This document shows positions 23,268 through 34,973 of a stretch of 64,000 nucleotides of DNA, in pieces. The position numbers were made by a program, and so were the translations under genes. A model generated the notes under the pieces. The model made no database searches. It saw only the letters and a program-made list of their open reading frames with translations, and was not told the origin of the DNA. The DNA lies in NCBI GenBank assembly GCA_003971905.1, contig RSEE01000008.1, positions 930,001-994,000 of the forward strand. The letters run 5' to 3'. Each line of letters opens with the position of its first letter. The stretch's first letter is position 1. The stretch is from Moniliella sp. 'wahieum'. Its lineage: Eukaryota.

Positions 23268-26200
23268 TGTCACGGGCTGCGGCGGACACGAGATGGTCCG
23301 ACCCAAGCTAAGGCCCGCCTGCTCCGCACATGCCCAGTAGAGCGTGCTCCGCAGGCCAACCAAGTGTGATGATGGTTGGCTAAATCAAGTATCGTGGCCG
23401 AAGGGCCATGCTCCGCGCGACAATAGTCGCCCCCCGCCCAAGTCCAAGTCGGCCGGCCTAAATAAGGCCACCGAGCTTCCAGTGCCGTGGCGGCATCTGC
23501 CGTCCCGTCCCCGTTTCCGTTTCCTTTCTCTGTCGCGCCTGCGGCGACCAACCCCGCTTTTGACATGTCTTCCTTTCTACACCCCCTCTTGTATCCGTTT
23601 CCCTTTTGATCCTGCCTGTACCCCTGGTTGATGGGGATCTTTTCCCCCACCTTCCATTCTCGTCCCCACTCTCGTCATCTCTCGTCTCCACCTTCGTCCC
23701 TTTCCCGCCTATCCTGTCCGACTCCTGCCCGTTTCCAGCCAATTGATCCAGTACAGGCAGCTCTTCTTGTTAGCGTCCGACTTCTCCTCCGACCTCGTCC
23801 TCCAGCCCTTCGTCAACCCCATCGCGCGAGCCCTCCTTTGGCCGCGGCGATTCCCAGTCTCAGTTAAGGCAGTGTTTGTCCGCCGCTGCCTCCTCCCGTC
23901 CCTAAGTCCCGGAGGCTTCAGACACGTTACTACGGCCCAAGCCGGTGCAGACGCAGCCTTGCCACACGTGCAGCCGCCCCACCAAAGGCCTCTCCTCGTC
24001 CCTAGCTCCGCTCGGATACACCAACCAGCCCAAGCCCGAAACTACCGTGAGTCGTCCTTCCGTCTCCTAAGGGATTGTACCCCAAAAACCCCAGGGCGGG
24101 CCCCTGGCGGCGCCCGCCCGTGACATAATGGAAGGTCCGGGGTTCCCAAGGCAGGTCCTCAAGGTTCGTCGTTATTTTGGGCTGGTCCCTTTTCAAGCCT
24201 GCGCAAGTCGTCGGCCCGTTTCCCCATTCCCGTTTCCCCCTCCCGTTGGGCAGACGTGCCCTCCCCGTTTTTCACCCTCAGTCCTTGAGCGCATCCCCCG
24301 TTCGTCGTCCCCGATGCCAAGGCGCTCTTCCCTTTTCCCGCTTTCTCCCCTCCGTTGCGACGAGGCCCTGGATGGCCCTCCCCAATCGTTGCACCCCCGA
24401 TGGTTTCCCCGGCTCCCGATGACTCTGAGGCTTGGCCAGCTTCTTGCCCTCGTTGCCGCTTCAAATTCGATCAGCCTTGAAACTTTATCCTCGGTTCGTT
24501 TGTTTTTTTTCTGGGTCGCGTCCAATAGCGCGCCCGGATTGGTTGCTTTCCATCACCACCACTCGCGCATCAAGCAGTACCAGTCGGCGTACGATTCAAG
24601 ACGCTCGCGTTCACCCGGCTGCTCTACCCTCCAAGTCCCCGCGCGAGGTGATTTTCATTCCCTTCCCCGATGGACGACTCGAGCCTGGCCTGATGGCCAA
24701 CCGGTTTCGACCCCAGCTCATCGTCTCCAAGTGAGGTCCAACCCTCGACCACTCAAGACCCTCGGACGCTCGCGACGGTTTTCAACAGCTCAAGGCGAAT
24801 TTTTTTTTCAGGATCTTCGCCCGTGACGTCAATTTCGGTTGCTCTATTCCTTCTTTCTCGATGGTTAACTCCTGTCCCCCCCTCGGAGAGGGAGGAGGCC
24901 CAGGAGATGCGCGCGGACGCGCATAAGGAGGATGGGGCGTGGGAGCGCCGGTCGCCATAAGGCGAGGCGACGGCTGCAAGCCCAATTACCGTGTTTATCC
25001 TACCAAGTAGGCATGTGGGCATGCCTTGTGAAGGGGAGCGTGATGCGACGGACGAACGCTGGCAGGCAGGCCAGCGGAGCGCGCCGATCCCCTTCTAGTC
25101 CACATCAAGCCCTGGTATTCGTGCGAGCGAACGTTGGCAGGCGGGCCAGCGGAGCTTGTACTCTCCCCCAAGTCTCAAAGGAGGCGAGCATTAGCCGGCG
25201 GGCCAACAGCGCCTCTACCTCTTGGTTTCTCTGCTCTCAAGATGGCTTTGACTCGCACCCCCGATGCTCGAAGGAAGGAGGGGCGTGCGAATGAGAAGAG
25301 AGCTTGACACCCCCGACGCTCGAAGGAAGGAGGGGCGTGGGAGCAAGAGCCTGAACCGCACCCCCGACGCTCGAAGGAAGGAGGGCGTGCCAAGTATCCA
25401 AGTACCCAATCCCCGTTCAAAGTTTGGTCGGCGCGAAAGGAGTTTGACGCCGATCGTATGCCCAAAGACCGAGGGAGCGAAGGGCATACCTCGCGATTGC
25501 TTTACCATGGAAAGGAGAGATGTGCGCATGGGTAAGCGTACACTCCTTCACCCCCTCCCCCGTTGCTATTAGGAAGAGGGAAGCCCATCCATGGAAGGCG
25601 TGCGGACACGCCTTGTGAAGAGGAGCGTAATGTCACGGGCTGCGGCGGACACGAGATGGTCCGACCCAAGCTAAGGCCCGCCTGCTCCGCACATGCCCTA
25701 GAGCGTGCTCCGCAGGCCAACCAAGTGTGATGATGGTTGGCTAAATCAAGTATCGTGGCCGAAGGGCCATGCTCCGCGCGACAATAGTCGCCCCCCGCCC
25801 AAGTCCAAGTCGGCCGGCCTAAATAAGGCCACCGAGCTTCCAGTGCCGTGGCGGCATCTGCCGTCCCGTCCCCGTTTCCGTTTCCTTTCTCTGTCGCGCC
25901 TGCGGCGACCAACCCCGCTTTTGACATGTCTTCCTTTCTACACCCCCTCTTGTATCCGTTTCCCTTTTGATCCTGCCTGTACCCCTGGTTGATGGGGATC
26001 TTTTCCCCCACCTTCCATTCTCGTCCCCACTCTCGTCATCTCTCGTCTCCACCTTCGTCCCTTTCCCGCCTATCCTGTCCGACTCCTGCCCGTTTCCAGC
26101 CAATTGATCCAGTACAGGCAGCTCTTCTTGTTAGCGTCCGACTTCTCCTCCGACCTCGTCCTCCAGCCCTTCGTCAACCCCATCGCGCGAGCCCTCCTTT

Positions 26201-28743
26201 GGCCGCGGCGATTCCCAGTCTCAGTTAAGGCAGTGTTTGTCCGCCGCTGCCTCCTCCCGTCCCTAAGTCCCGGAGGCTTCAGACACGTTACTACGGCCCA
26301 AGCCGGTGCAGACGCAGCCTTGCCACACGTGCAGCCGCCCCACCAAAGGCCTCTCCTCGTCCCTAGCTCCGCTCGGATACACCAACCAGCCCAAGCCCGA
26401 AACTACCGTGAGTCGTCCTTCCGTCTCCTAAGGGATTGTACCCCAAAAACCCCAGGGCGGGCCCCTGGCGGCGCCCGCCCGTGACATAATGGAAGGTCCG
26501 GGGTTCCCAAGGCAGGTCCTCAAGGTTCGTCGTTATTTTGGGCTGGTCCCTTTTCAAGCCTGCGCAAGTCGTCGGCCCGTTTCCCCATTCCCGTTTCCCC
26601 CTCCCGTTGGGCAGACGTGCCCTCCCCGTTTTTCACCCTCAGTCCTTGAGCGCATCCCCCGTTCGTCGTCCCCGATGCCAAGGCGCTCTTCCCTTTTCCC
26701 GCTTTCTCCCCTCCGTTGCGACGAGGCCCTGGATGGCCCTCCCCAATCGTTGCACCCCCGATGGTTTCCCCGGCTCCCGATGACTCTGAGGCTTGGCCAG
26801 CTTCTTGCCCTCGTTGCCGCTTCAAATTCGATCAGCCTTGAAACTTTATCCTCGGTTCGTTTGTTTTTGTTTCTGGGTCGCGTCCAATAGCGCGCCCGGA
26901 TTGGTTGCTTTCCATCACCACCACTCGCGCATCAAGCAGTACCAGTCGGCGTACGATTCAAGACGCTCGCGTTCACCCGGCTGCTCTACCCTCCAAGTCC
27001 CCGCGCGAGGTGATTTTCATTCCCTTCCCCGATGGACGACTCGAGCCTGGCCTGATGGCCAACCGGTTTCGACCCCAGCTCATCGTCTCCAAGTGAGGTC
27101 CAACCCTCGACCACTCAAGACCCTCGGACGCTCGCGACGGTTTTCAACAGCTCAAGGCGAATTTTTTTTTCAGGATCTTCGCCCGTGACGTCAATTTCGG
27201 TTGCTCTATTCCTTCTTTCTCGATGGTTAACTCCTGTCCCCCCCTCGGAGAGGGAGGAGGCCCAGGAGATGCGCGCGGACGCGCATAAGGAGGATGGGGC
27301 GTGGGAGCGCCGGTCGCCATAAGGCGAGGCGACGGCTGCAAGCCCAATTACCGTGTTTATCCTACCAAGTAGGCATGTGGGCATGCCTTGTGAAGGGGAG
27401 CGTGATGCGACGGACGAACGCTGGCAGGCAGGCCAGCGGAGCGCGCCGATCCCCTTCTAGTCCACATCAAGCCCTGGTATTCGTGCGAGCGAACGTTGGC
27501 AGGCGGGCCAGCGGAGCTTGTACTCTCCCCCAAGTCTCAAAGGAGGCGAGCATTAGCCGGCGGGCCAACAGCGCCTCTACCTCTTGGTTTCTCTGCTCTC
27601 AAGATGGCTTTGACTCGCACCCCCGATGCTCGAAGGAAGGAGGGGCGTGCGAATGAGAAGAGAGCTTGACACCCCCGACGCTCGAAGGAAGGAGGGGCGT
27701 GGGAGCAAGAGCCTGAACCGCACCCCCGACGCTCGAAGGAAGGAGGGGCGTGCCAAGTATCCAAGTACCCAATCCCCGTTCAAAGTTTGGTCGGCGCGAA
27801 AGGAGTTTGACGCCGATCGTATGCCCAAAGACCGAGGGAGCGAAGGGCATACCTCGCGATTGCTTTACCATGGAAAGGAAGATGTGCGCATGGGTAAGCG
27901 TACACTCCTTCACCCCCTCCCCCGTTGCTATTAGGAGAGAGGGAAGCCCATCCATGGAAGGCGTGCGGACACGCCTTGTGAAGAGGAGCGTAATGTCACG
28001 GGCTGCGGCGGACACGAGATGGTCCGACCCAAGCTAAGGCCCGCCTGCTCCGCACATGCCCAGTAGAGCGTGCTCCGCAGGCCGACCAAGTGTGATGATG
28101 GTTGGCTAAATCAAGTATCGTGGCCGAAGGGCCATGCTCCGCGCGACAATAGTCGCCCCCCGCCCAAGTCCAAGTCGGCCGGCCTAAATAAGGCCACCGA
28201 GCTTCCAGTGCCGTGGCGGCATCTGCCGTCCCGTCCCCGTTTCCGTTTCCTTTCTCTGTCGCGCCTGCGGCGACCAACCCCGCTTTTGACATGTCTTCCT
28301 TTCTACACCCCCTCTTGTATCCGTTTCCCTTTTGATCCTGCCTGTACCCCTGGTTGATGGGGATCTTTTCCCCCACCTTCCATTCTCGTCCCCACTCTCG
28401 TCATCTCTCGTCTCCACCTTCGTCCCTTTCCCGCCTATCCTGTCCGACTCCTGCCCGTTTCCAGCCAATTGATCCAGTACAGGCAGCTCTTCTTGTTAGC
28501 GTCCGACTTCTCCTCCGACCTCGTCCTCCAGCCCTTCGTCAACCCCATCGCGCGAGCCCTCCTTTGGCCGCGGCGATTCCCAGTCTCAGTTAAGGCAGTG
28601 TTTGTCCGCCGCTGCCTCCTCCCGTCCCTAAGTCCCGGAGGCTTCAGACACGTTACTACGGCCCAAGCCGGTGCAGACGCAGCCTTGCCACACGTGCAGC
28701 CGCCCCACCAAAGGCCTCTCCTCGTCCCTAGCTCCGCTCGGAT
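23268..28743 (+). mobile_element. Tandem array of a non-autonomous LTR retroelement: LTR1 23268-24125, internal 24126-25630, LTR2 25631-26486, internal 26487-27993, truncated LTR3 27994-28743
   Basis: Period is 2363 bp with near-identical copies. LTR termini TGTCACGGGC...GCCCGTGACA form a perfect 10-bp inverted repeat (TG..CA). A purine tract GAAGAGGAGCGTAA precedes LTR2 and LTR3. No gag/pol motifs recognised in any frame. Confidence 0.85.
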
Positions 28744-28857
28744 TCGCCTCCAGGGGCACTTGTGTACCTTGCCAGCGCGATGGCCAGACGCGTGCTGCGT
28801 GCCGCTTTTTAGTATTACCAGAGTACAAGCCTGCCGCCAAGCCCTTCAGACTCTTTC
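28744..28857. repeat. 114-bp direct repeat, right copy
   Basis: Identical to 23154-23267. Confidence 0.95.
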
Positions 28858-30432
28858 CAAGCTTTAAGCTTTAGGCTGCACGCTGCAAGCGCCACACGCT
28901 GATCTCCATCTTTTTCCTATACTGTGCTAACTATATAGGTACTACTTCAGCTTCAACTTGAAGCTTGAAGTAGTTTCAAGCTGAAGGAGTACCTGTTGGT
29001 GCCAGCCCAGTATTACTGCTTGGCACAATTCCATCCCACTATCCCACCTGTGGTCCACTATTCGCAGCTTCAAGCCTTCAAAACCTTCAAACTTTCAGCC
29101 GCGGTCCAAGTCTCCCATTCCCCACACGCCACGGCTGTCCGCCGTTGTCCGCTATTGTCTGGTCTCCCGTGGCCGTGTCCCATTCAACAGCAGTCCTGGG
29201 TCTCAGGATGGTCAATGGTATCTCTTGGGCCTGATCGGCTGTTGTCCCCACTATCTGCATCAACTTTTGCCGACTCTCTGGCAACGGCAACAAACGCATC
29301 TCAGGCCTCACCCCCACACATCGACCGCCATACTTGTATCATTGTGATCGATGAGACAGGTAGAATTGAGACTTGCCGATGAGGCACAGGCAGGTGTGAT
29401 TATGATGCGAACTATGATGATGTGTGCTTTGGTTGTGAGGAATACAGTAGGCACGCATAAAGAGAGTAGTACAATGCCCCCTAAAGCGCGGCTGTTCTGT
29501 TTCCGCCGACACAAAGGAAAGACCTCATAAAACGCCCTCTTCAAACACAAAGAGCAAATATGTCAAAACGTCTCAGTGCTGGAAGGACGAGACACCTCTC
29601 TCTGTTAATAGACTTGCCTCTGTGCTTTTTTCACCGATGGCCGTGTTGAGTTTGAACCCTTTCATTGGGGATCCCATAAAGGGAACAAGCCGTGGATAGT
29701 ATGCGCTTTCTGTTTTCGGGGAGCGAATACATAGGCGATCTGGTGCTGAAGTGGTTTCTTTAACGAAAAAGGGTACTGATTGAGCTCAGAAAGAAGTCCC
29801 TGTGTTTTGTTGTGTGTGGTTATCGAATTGTTTTGCTGCTGCCCCACCTCTTTCCCGTCGTAGCATCATCGTATTTTGCCCCGTATACTTTGGGCTGACT
29901 TTTGACGCCTTGAACTATATGCCTTGTGTTGTAGGACGGCGCAGGGGAGTTGCTCGGCGCCATGGAGCAAGCAGGTGCGTTTGGGAGGCCACCAGACGAG
30001 ACGATCGGGGGGAGAGACGGGCAGGAAGGAAGTGCGTGTGTGGTGTGGATGAGGTGGATGAGGGGCGGTTGCGCAGTGCGGCGTGTGGGATGGGTGACAG
30101 CGCTGATGGGATGCTGTAGAGGATGCATGCTGGCTGCTAGGGTTGGTGTGCGCTGTGCTGCAAGGTGGCCTCAGCGGCTGAGGCGCCGAGCAGTTCGCTG
30201 GAGTCTGGGCACTCCAGGCCGGTCGGCTCAAGGCTCGAGGGCAGCTGGAAGCAAGCCTAACGCCTGCGCCGACCGCATGGCTGCATGCCCAGCAGTCGGT
30301 CCGAACTCCGTCTTGAGTACATCCACCATCACCACCACCACCACCTCCTCCTCCACCACCACCTTCACCACCTACCTCCACCCCCCCCCCAACCGCCGGC
30401 CTCCCCCCCCCTCGCCTCGCTCCGCCGCCAGC

Positions 30433-33400
30433 ATGGCCGACGCCGCCATGGCTACCCGCCAGCGCGTCACCTATGTTCTCCCCGCTCCCCCGAGCTCGGC
30501 GGCTGGCGCAGCTCCCTCGGCCCCCACCCACCCGCTCCCGCCCACCACCCACACCTTTGCCGTCCCCCCCCTCCTCCACCCGCGACGCCGCTCGCCTCGC
30601 CCGCCGCGGCCCTCTTCTCATCCCTGTCCCCCACCCCTCCCACGACGCCCTCGCCGACGGCGACCACTCCGATGCCGAGTCAGACGATACCGCCGGCCGG
30701 TCTGACCCCGTATCTGCCACGGCTCGTCCCCGCCCATCCGCCCATCCCTCTTCCACCCCCCACCCACGGCACATGCTCCCTGTCACATCGCTTGCCCTCG
30801 ACCTCACCACCTGCGTCGAGAGCGCCGATGAGCCCCTTTCCGAGCCTTCGCCCGACCCGCGTCCCGACCAGGCAGACGACTTTCTCCCCCCTTCTCTTGG
30901 CGGTGGTGGTGCATCATCGCGCATGCGCACACCCCATCGTCCTCGCGGCCTCTTGTACACGGCTGGGCGCGATGCCCTGACCGCGTCGTGGCAACTCGAC
31001 CTCCCTCTAGCCTGGACTGCGGACGCCTATCGGGACCCCGCTCAACCCAATTCTCGTCCTTGGCGAGTGAAACAACCCTACTGGACTCTCCACCCTCCTG
31101 ACTCGCTCAGTTCGGGACGTGCCTTGGAGTCCGACCCCTTGTTGCGTCGCCCCTTATTCCGACAAGGGATTCAAGCCCACTCGGAGTGGATCAACGATCT
31201 GCTCCTCGTCAACGGCAACCAGACTGTCATCTCTGCCTCGTCTGACAGGCTCATCAAGGCGTGGAATCCACACGACTCGGCATCTCGCTCTACCTCCTTT
31301 ACCCTCGGTAGCCATGACGACTATGTCAAGTCTCTTGCCGCGCCAGCCTGGCAACTTGGCGCTGGCCAGACTCACACTATCGTCTCGGGCGGACTGGATC
31401 GGACGGTCAAGGTGTGGGACATGAACGCCAAGCCTGCCAAGAAAACGTCATTGTCCAACGCCACTTCGAGTTCTGGGCTTGGCGCTGATGACACATCGGC
31501 TCTCCAGCCCGTTCTCACGCTGACGCAAGAGGAAGATGAACTTCCGTCCTCAGTCTATAGTCTCAGTGTCAATGGGCCAGGGACCCTGATCGGAGTGGGG
31601 TGCTCGGCGAATGAGGTGTCCGTGTACGATACGCGGAGCCGAGTGCGGGTGGCCAAGCTGGTGGGCCACACGGGTTATGTCCGTTCGTTGCTCATGTCGG
31701 CAGACGGGCGCCATCTCCTGTCGGCCTCGTCAGACAGCACAGTGCGGCTGTGGTCCATCGCAGAACAGCGTGCGCTCCACACGTTTGAACACCATTCGGA
31801 CTCTGTCTGGGCTCTGTACTCGAACGACCCGTACGAAAAGGACACACTCACCTCCTTTTATTCGGCTGATCGGGTGGGCGACCTTTGCAAGGTCGATTGG
31901 TCAGATGAGCCCGACATTGTGAGCGGCGAATGTGTTCTGCTGGCTCGCAATCGTCCTTCGATGTTCAACCGACGCGGCAGCCACGTGCCCATTCCGATCG
32001 GCGAAAGTACCACCACACCGGCCCACCCACACCACGGAGCCAGTCACCAAGGTATCCATCGCATCGTTGCCGCTGACGATGCGTTTGTTTTCACTGCCTC
32101 AGACACTTCCTCCTCGGTGCTAGTGTGGCCCGATGTACCCAAGCGCAAGGATCGGCTAGCCAAGTACCCCGCCATTGCCGCACGCGACATTTCTGGTTCC
32201 GCTGGGGGCGAAGCCAGCTGGGCGAGCCAGGCCAAGGAAGCGATTCAGTCGAGCCAAACTAACCCAACCGACATCTCGTCTGCTGTCGAGATGGCTGGTG
32301 TGCCCGCTTCTAGTCTTGTTTCTCTGGGCGATGACCAGAGCTTGTTTGACGATCGCCCGACCGACGATGGGTCCAGTCTACTCGACCGGCCTCCCACTGC
32401 GGCGGGGCAACGTGCGCCTGGGCGGATGGCGCTGCTGCGTGAGGTGGCGGATGTGGCGGTACCGCTGTTCCGGCAACCCTGTGCTCGTGTGTCGGGTGGG
32501 GTGGGCTTGATCCGCAGTTCGATGCTCAATGACCGTCGGCATGTTCTCACCATGGACACGCGTGGCTCTGTTGGCATCTGGGACATTTTACTAGGCGTGT
32601 GTCTTGGGTTTTTCGAACGGAGAGCGCTTACCCAGCTGGCGCTCGACGAGGAGGCTCTGACGGGCACAACACCTATCGGCTCGGTTCAAGCCCAATCAGC
32701 CACGGACATGACCCAGGAGGCGATCACAAATTTGCTCACCCATTCGCCTGCGGACCTTCTCGAGCTGATTCGCGAACGAATCGAAGGGTCAGATGCGGCG
32801 CCGTTTTGGTGCACGACCGACGTGCGTGCTGGCTTGCTCTCGGTTCACCTACAGAGCAACAAATGCTTTGATGCCGAGATGTACATGGACGATGTCGAGT
32901 TTGCCAACAAAGCCGGTTACAAGGAGGACACCCGAAGTATGCCCCTCTCCCCTCCCCGCCTCTCTTTGCATTTGTTAGTTTGCTTCCCTCTCTTGCCGTA
33001 CTGACCACCACTTTCTAGTCAACATGGGCCGCTGGGTCCTTCAGAATTTGTTTAGGGGGTTCATTGAGCAGGAGATTTCCGCTCGCAGTGGTTCCTATCG
33101 TGACGGTCACTTACAACCGCCGACAGTGACGCAAAAGGACCTGCTGGCAGCTGAGGAGCCTACAGCCTTTTTCCGTGCGGGAGAAGTTCCAAAAGCACTC
33201 GCTGCTCCCCTGGGGGCTAGCTTGGCAATCCCACCTTCTGATAAAACCGTCGTCCTTCCCCCGGGTTCGGATCGAGGGCAGCCGAGTGCTTGGTCACCAT
33301 ACAGCCCTTCCGTCCCATTGGCGGTAGAGGTACAAATGAAGACCCTCCAAGATGCCCGTGCGGCTTTGCAACTCGCTCAATTGTCTGCGCCGCATATGGA

Positions 33401-34662
33401 GGAGGAACACAGTGTGGATGCGGGCGATGCCAACGCCCATGGTTCGTCGGCCAAGTCTGGCGGGGGCTTTATGTCGCGTTTCAAACGGAAACACAAAGAC
33501 AAGGACAAGAAGCCCGCTGGCGATGCTGCTTCAGCGGCGCAACGTGCGGCCAGAAGGAATGAACCATTGCATGTCCGGCAAATCCGTGACATTGTTTCCC
33601 GAGTTGCCTTGCTCTCCTGCCCTACCAGCTGGCTATGGCGTGAATGATCTTTCCCCGTCCCAAGCTCACCCTCTACTGGACTTGCCTCCTCTTCCTTTCC
33701 CGTCAGGCGTGATGGTCTTGTTTGGTGCCATTTCCCCTCAGGCGGGGCAGGCGCTTCCTGCTTACCGCGAAACGACGGGACGAATGGGGCAGGATGTTCC
33801 GCTTCTTGAACTGGTGGCCTCGTCTTGGCTTCTGGCCAATTTGCTCACCCCGCCACCAGCTGCCGAGCCTCCCACTTCTCTTTCTCCGCCCCCAGCGACC
33901 ACCCCAGCCGCGATCAAGGACCCGGCCGCGTACGAGGCAGCTGTGCAAGATTCTGCCGCCCTCTTTCGCCGCGAGGTGGTCAAGATCAGCTTTATCCTCA
34001 CGCCTTGGCTTCCGTCTGGAGCCGACGAGTCATCAGAGACACCCGCCCAACGATCCAGCCTGTTCCTCCCCGAACTTCCTGCGAGCACGACCCGCTTGAC
34101 GGCGACGCAGATGCTGCGCATGAAGAAGGTGTCGGCGTATGTGCTGGATAAGCTGGCATCGCGGCAGCAAGAGGCCGTACATGAAGTGCCACAAAAAGGC
34201 ATGAACCATGCGCAAGCTGTCGCCCAGCTGGCCGACGTACGCTACTGGTCCACGTTCAAGCTGCCCGCCGAGGATGAGATTGTGATCTTGTGCAACGACA
34301 CGGTTGTTCCCCCCGATATGACGCTGGCCCAAACCAGACGCTTCCTCTTCCGTCAGCCAGGCGACCTCAAACTCGAGTACCGCCGGGCGAAACCGGGCGA
34401 AACCCTTGCCTTCTCCCGCGGTGCTGCGACTTCGGCGCCACAGCCCCTGCTCTCGCATCTGTTCCCGCACGGGGTCTCGGCCCCCCACAGCTCTTCTTCC
34501 GTCTCGGACGCTGGCTACATGGGTCGTCCCTCCATCGCGGATTCGTACGCGCCTGCTGCCGATTCGGACGAGGGAGAGAGCGAGACGGACACAGAGGCCG
34601 AGTTGGACAGCTACCGTGGCCCCACCACCTCGGCCCCGTTGCATCGATTGGGGTACCATTAA
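30433..34662 (+). CDS. WD40-repeat deubiquitinase activator, WDR48/UAF1 (Bun107)-like (intron about 32937-33018, frameshifts)
   Basis: N-terminal RQRVTYVLP; LYTAGRD; AHSEWINDL; ISASSDRLIKAW; KLVGHTGYVRSLL..LLSASSDSTVRLWS; LNDRRHVLT. C-terminal RLTATQMLRMKKV and ILCNDTVVPPDMTLAQTRRFLFRQPGDLKLEYR are DUF3337-like. Confidence 0.88.
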
Positions 34663-34973
34663 ACCGGCAGTCCTGGTCGATGGCGCTCATTCCCAATCTT
34701 TTTTTCCTCATCGCTCGTCCAGAGTTGTCTTGTGTGTGGAAAACGAACCATCCCTTTCCTTTTTCCTTTCCCATTTCATGTCCCTTTTCCTTTCCTCCCT
34801 CTTCTCTCCTTTCACTTCCTTTACCGCTCTGCCTCTCTTTTCTTCCATTTATCCCGGCCCAGCTCCCTCTTGTGTGTGCACACTACTATCCATCCCCTCC
34901 TTTAGTCCTGGACCACCATGTTTATCGTGAGCATACCAAAACGAATGGTCAAGTAACCAAGTGGACACCGTAG

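Noticed and set aside
25256..25389. CRISPR array call
   Set aside because: Eukaryotic context, only three repeats, 19-20 nt spacers and no cas genes. Kept only as a repeat-spacer observation.
25628..26489. PIF/Harbinger MITE reading of LTR2 (TAA on both sides plus 10-bp TIR)
   Set aside because: LTR1 is preceded by TTC, not TAA. TG..CA ends, the upstream PPT and the self-complementary PBS fit an LTR better.
23344..28593. Repeated short ORFs inside the tandem array
   Set aside because: No gag/pol or other motifs. They recur only because the DNA is repeated.
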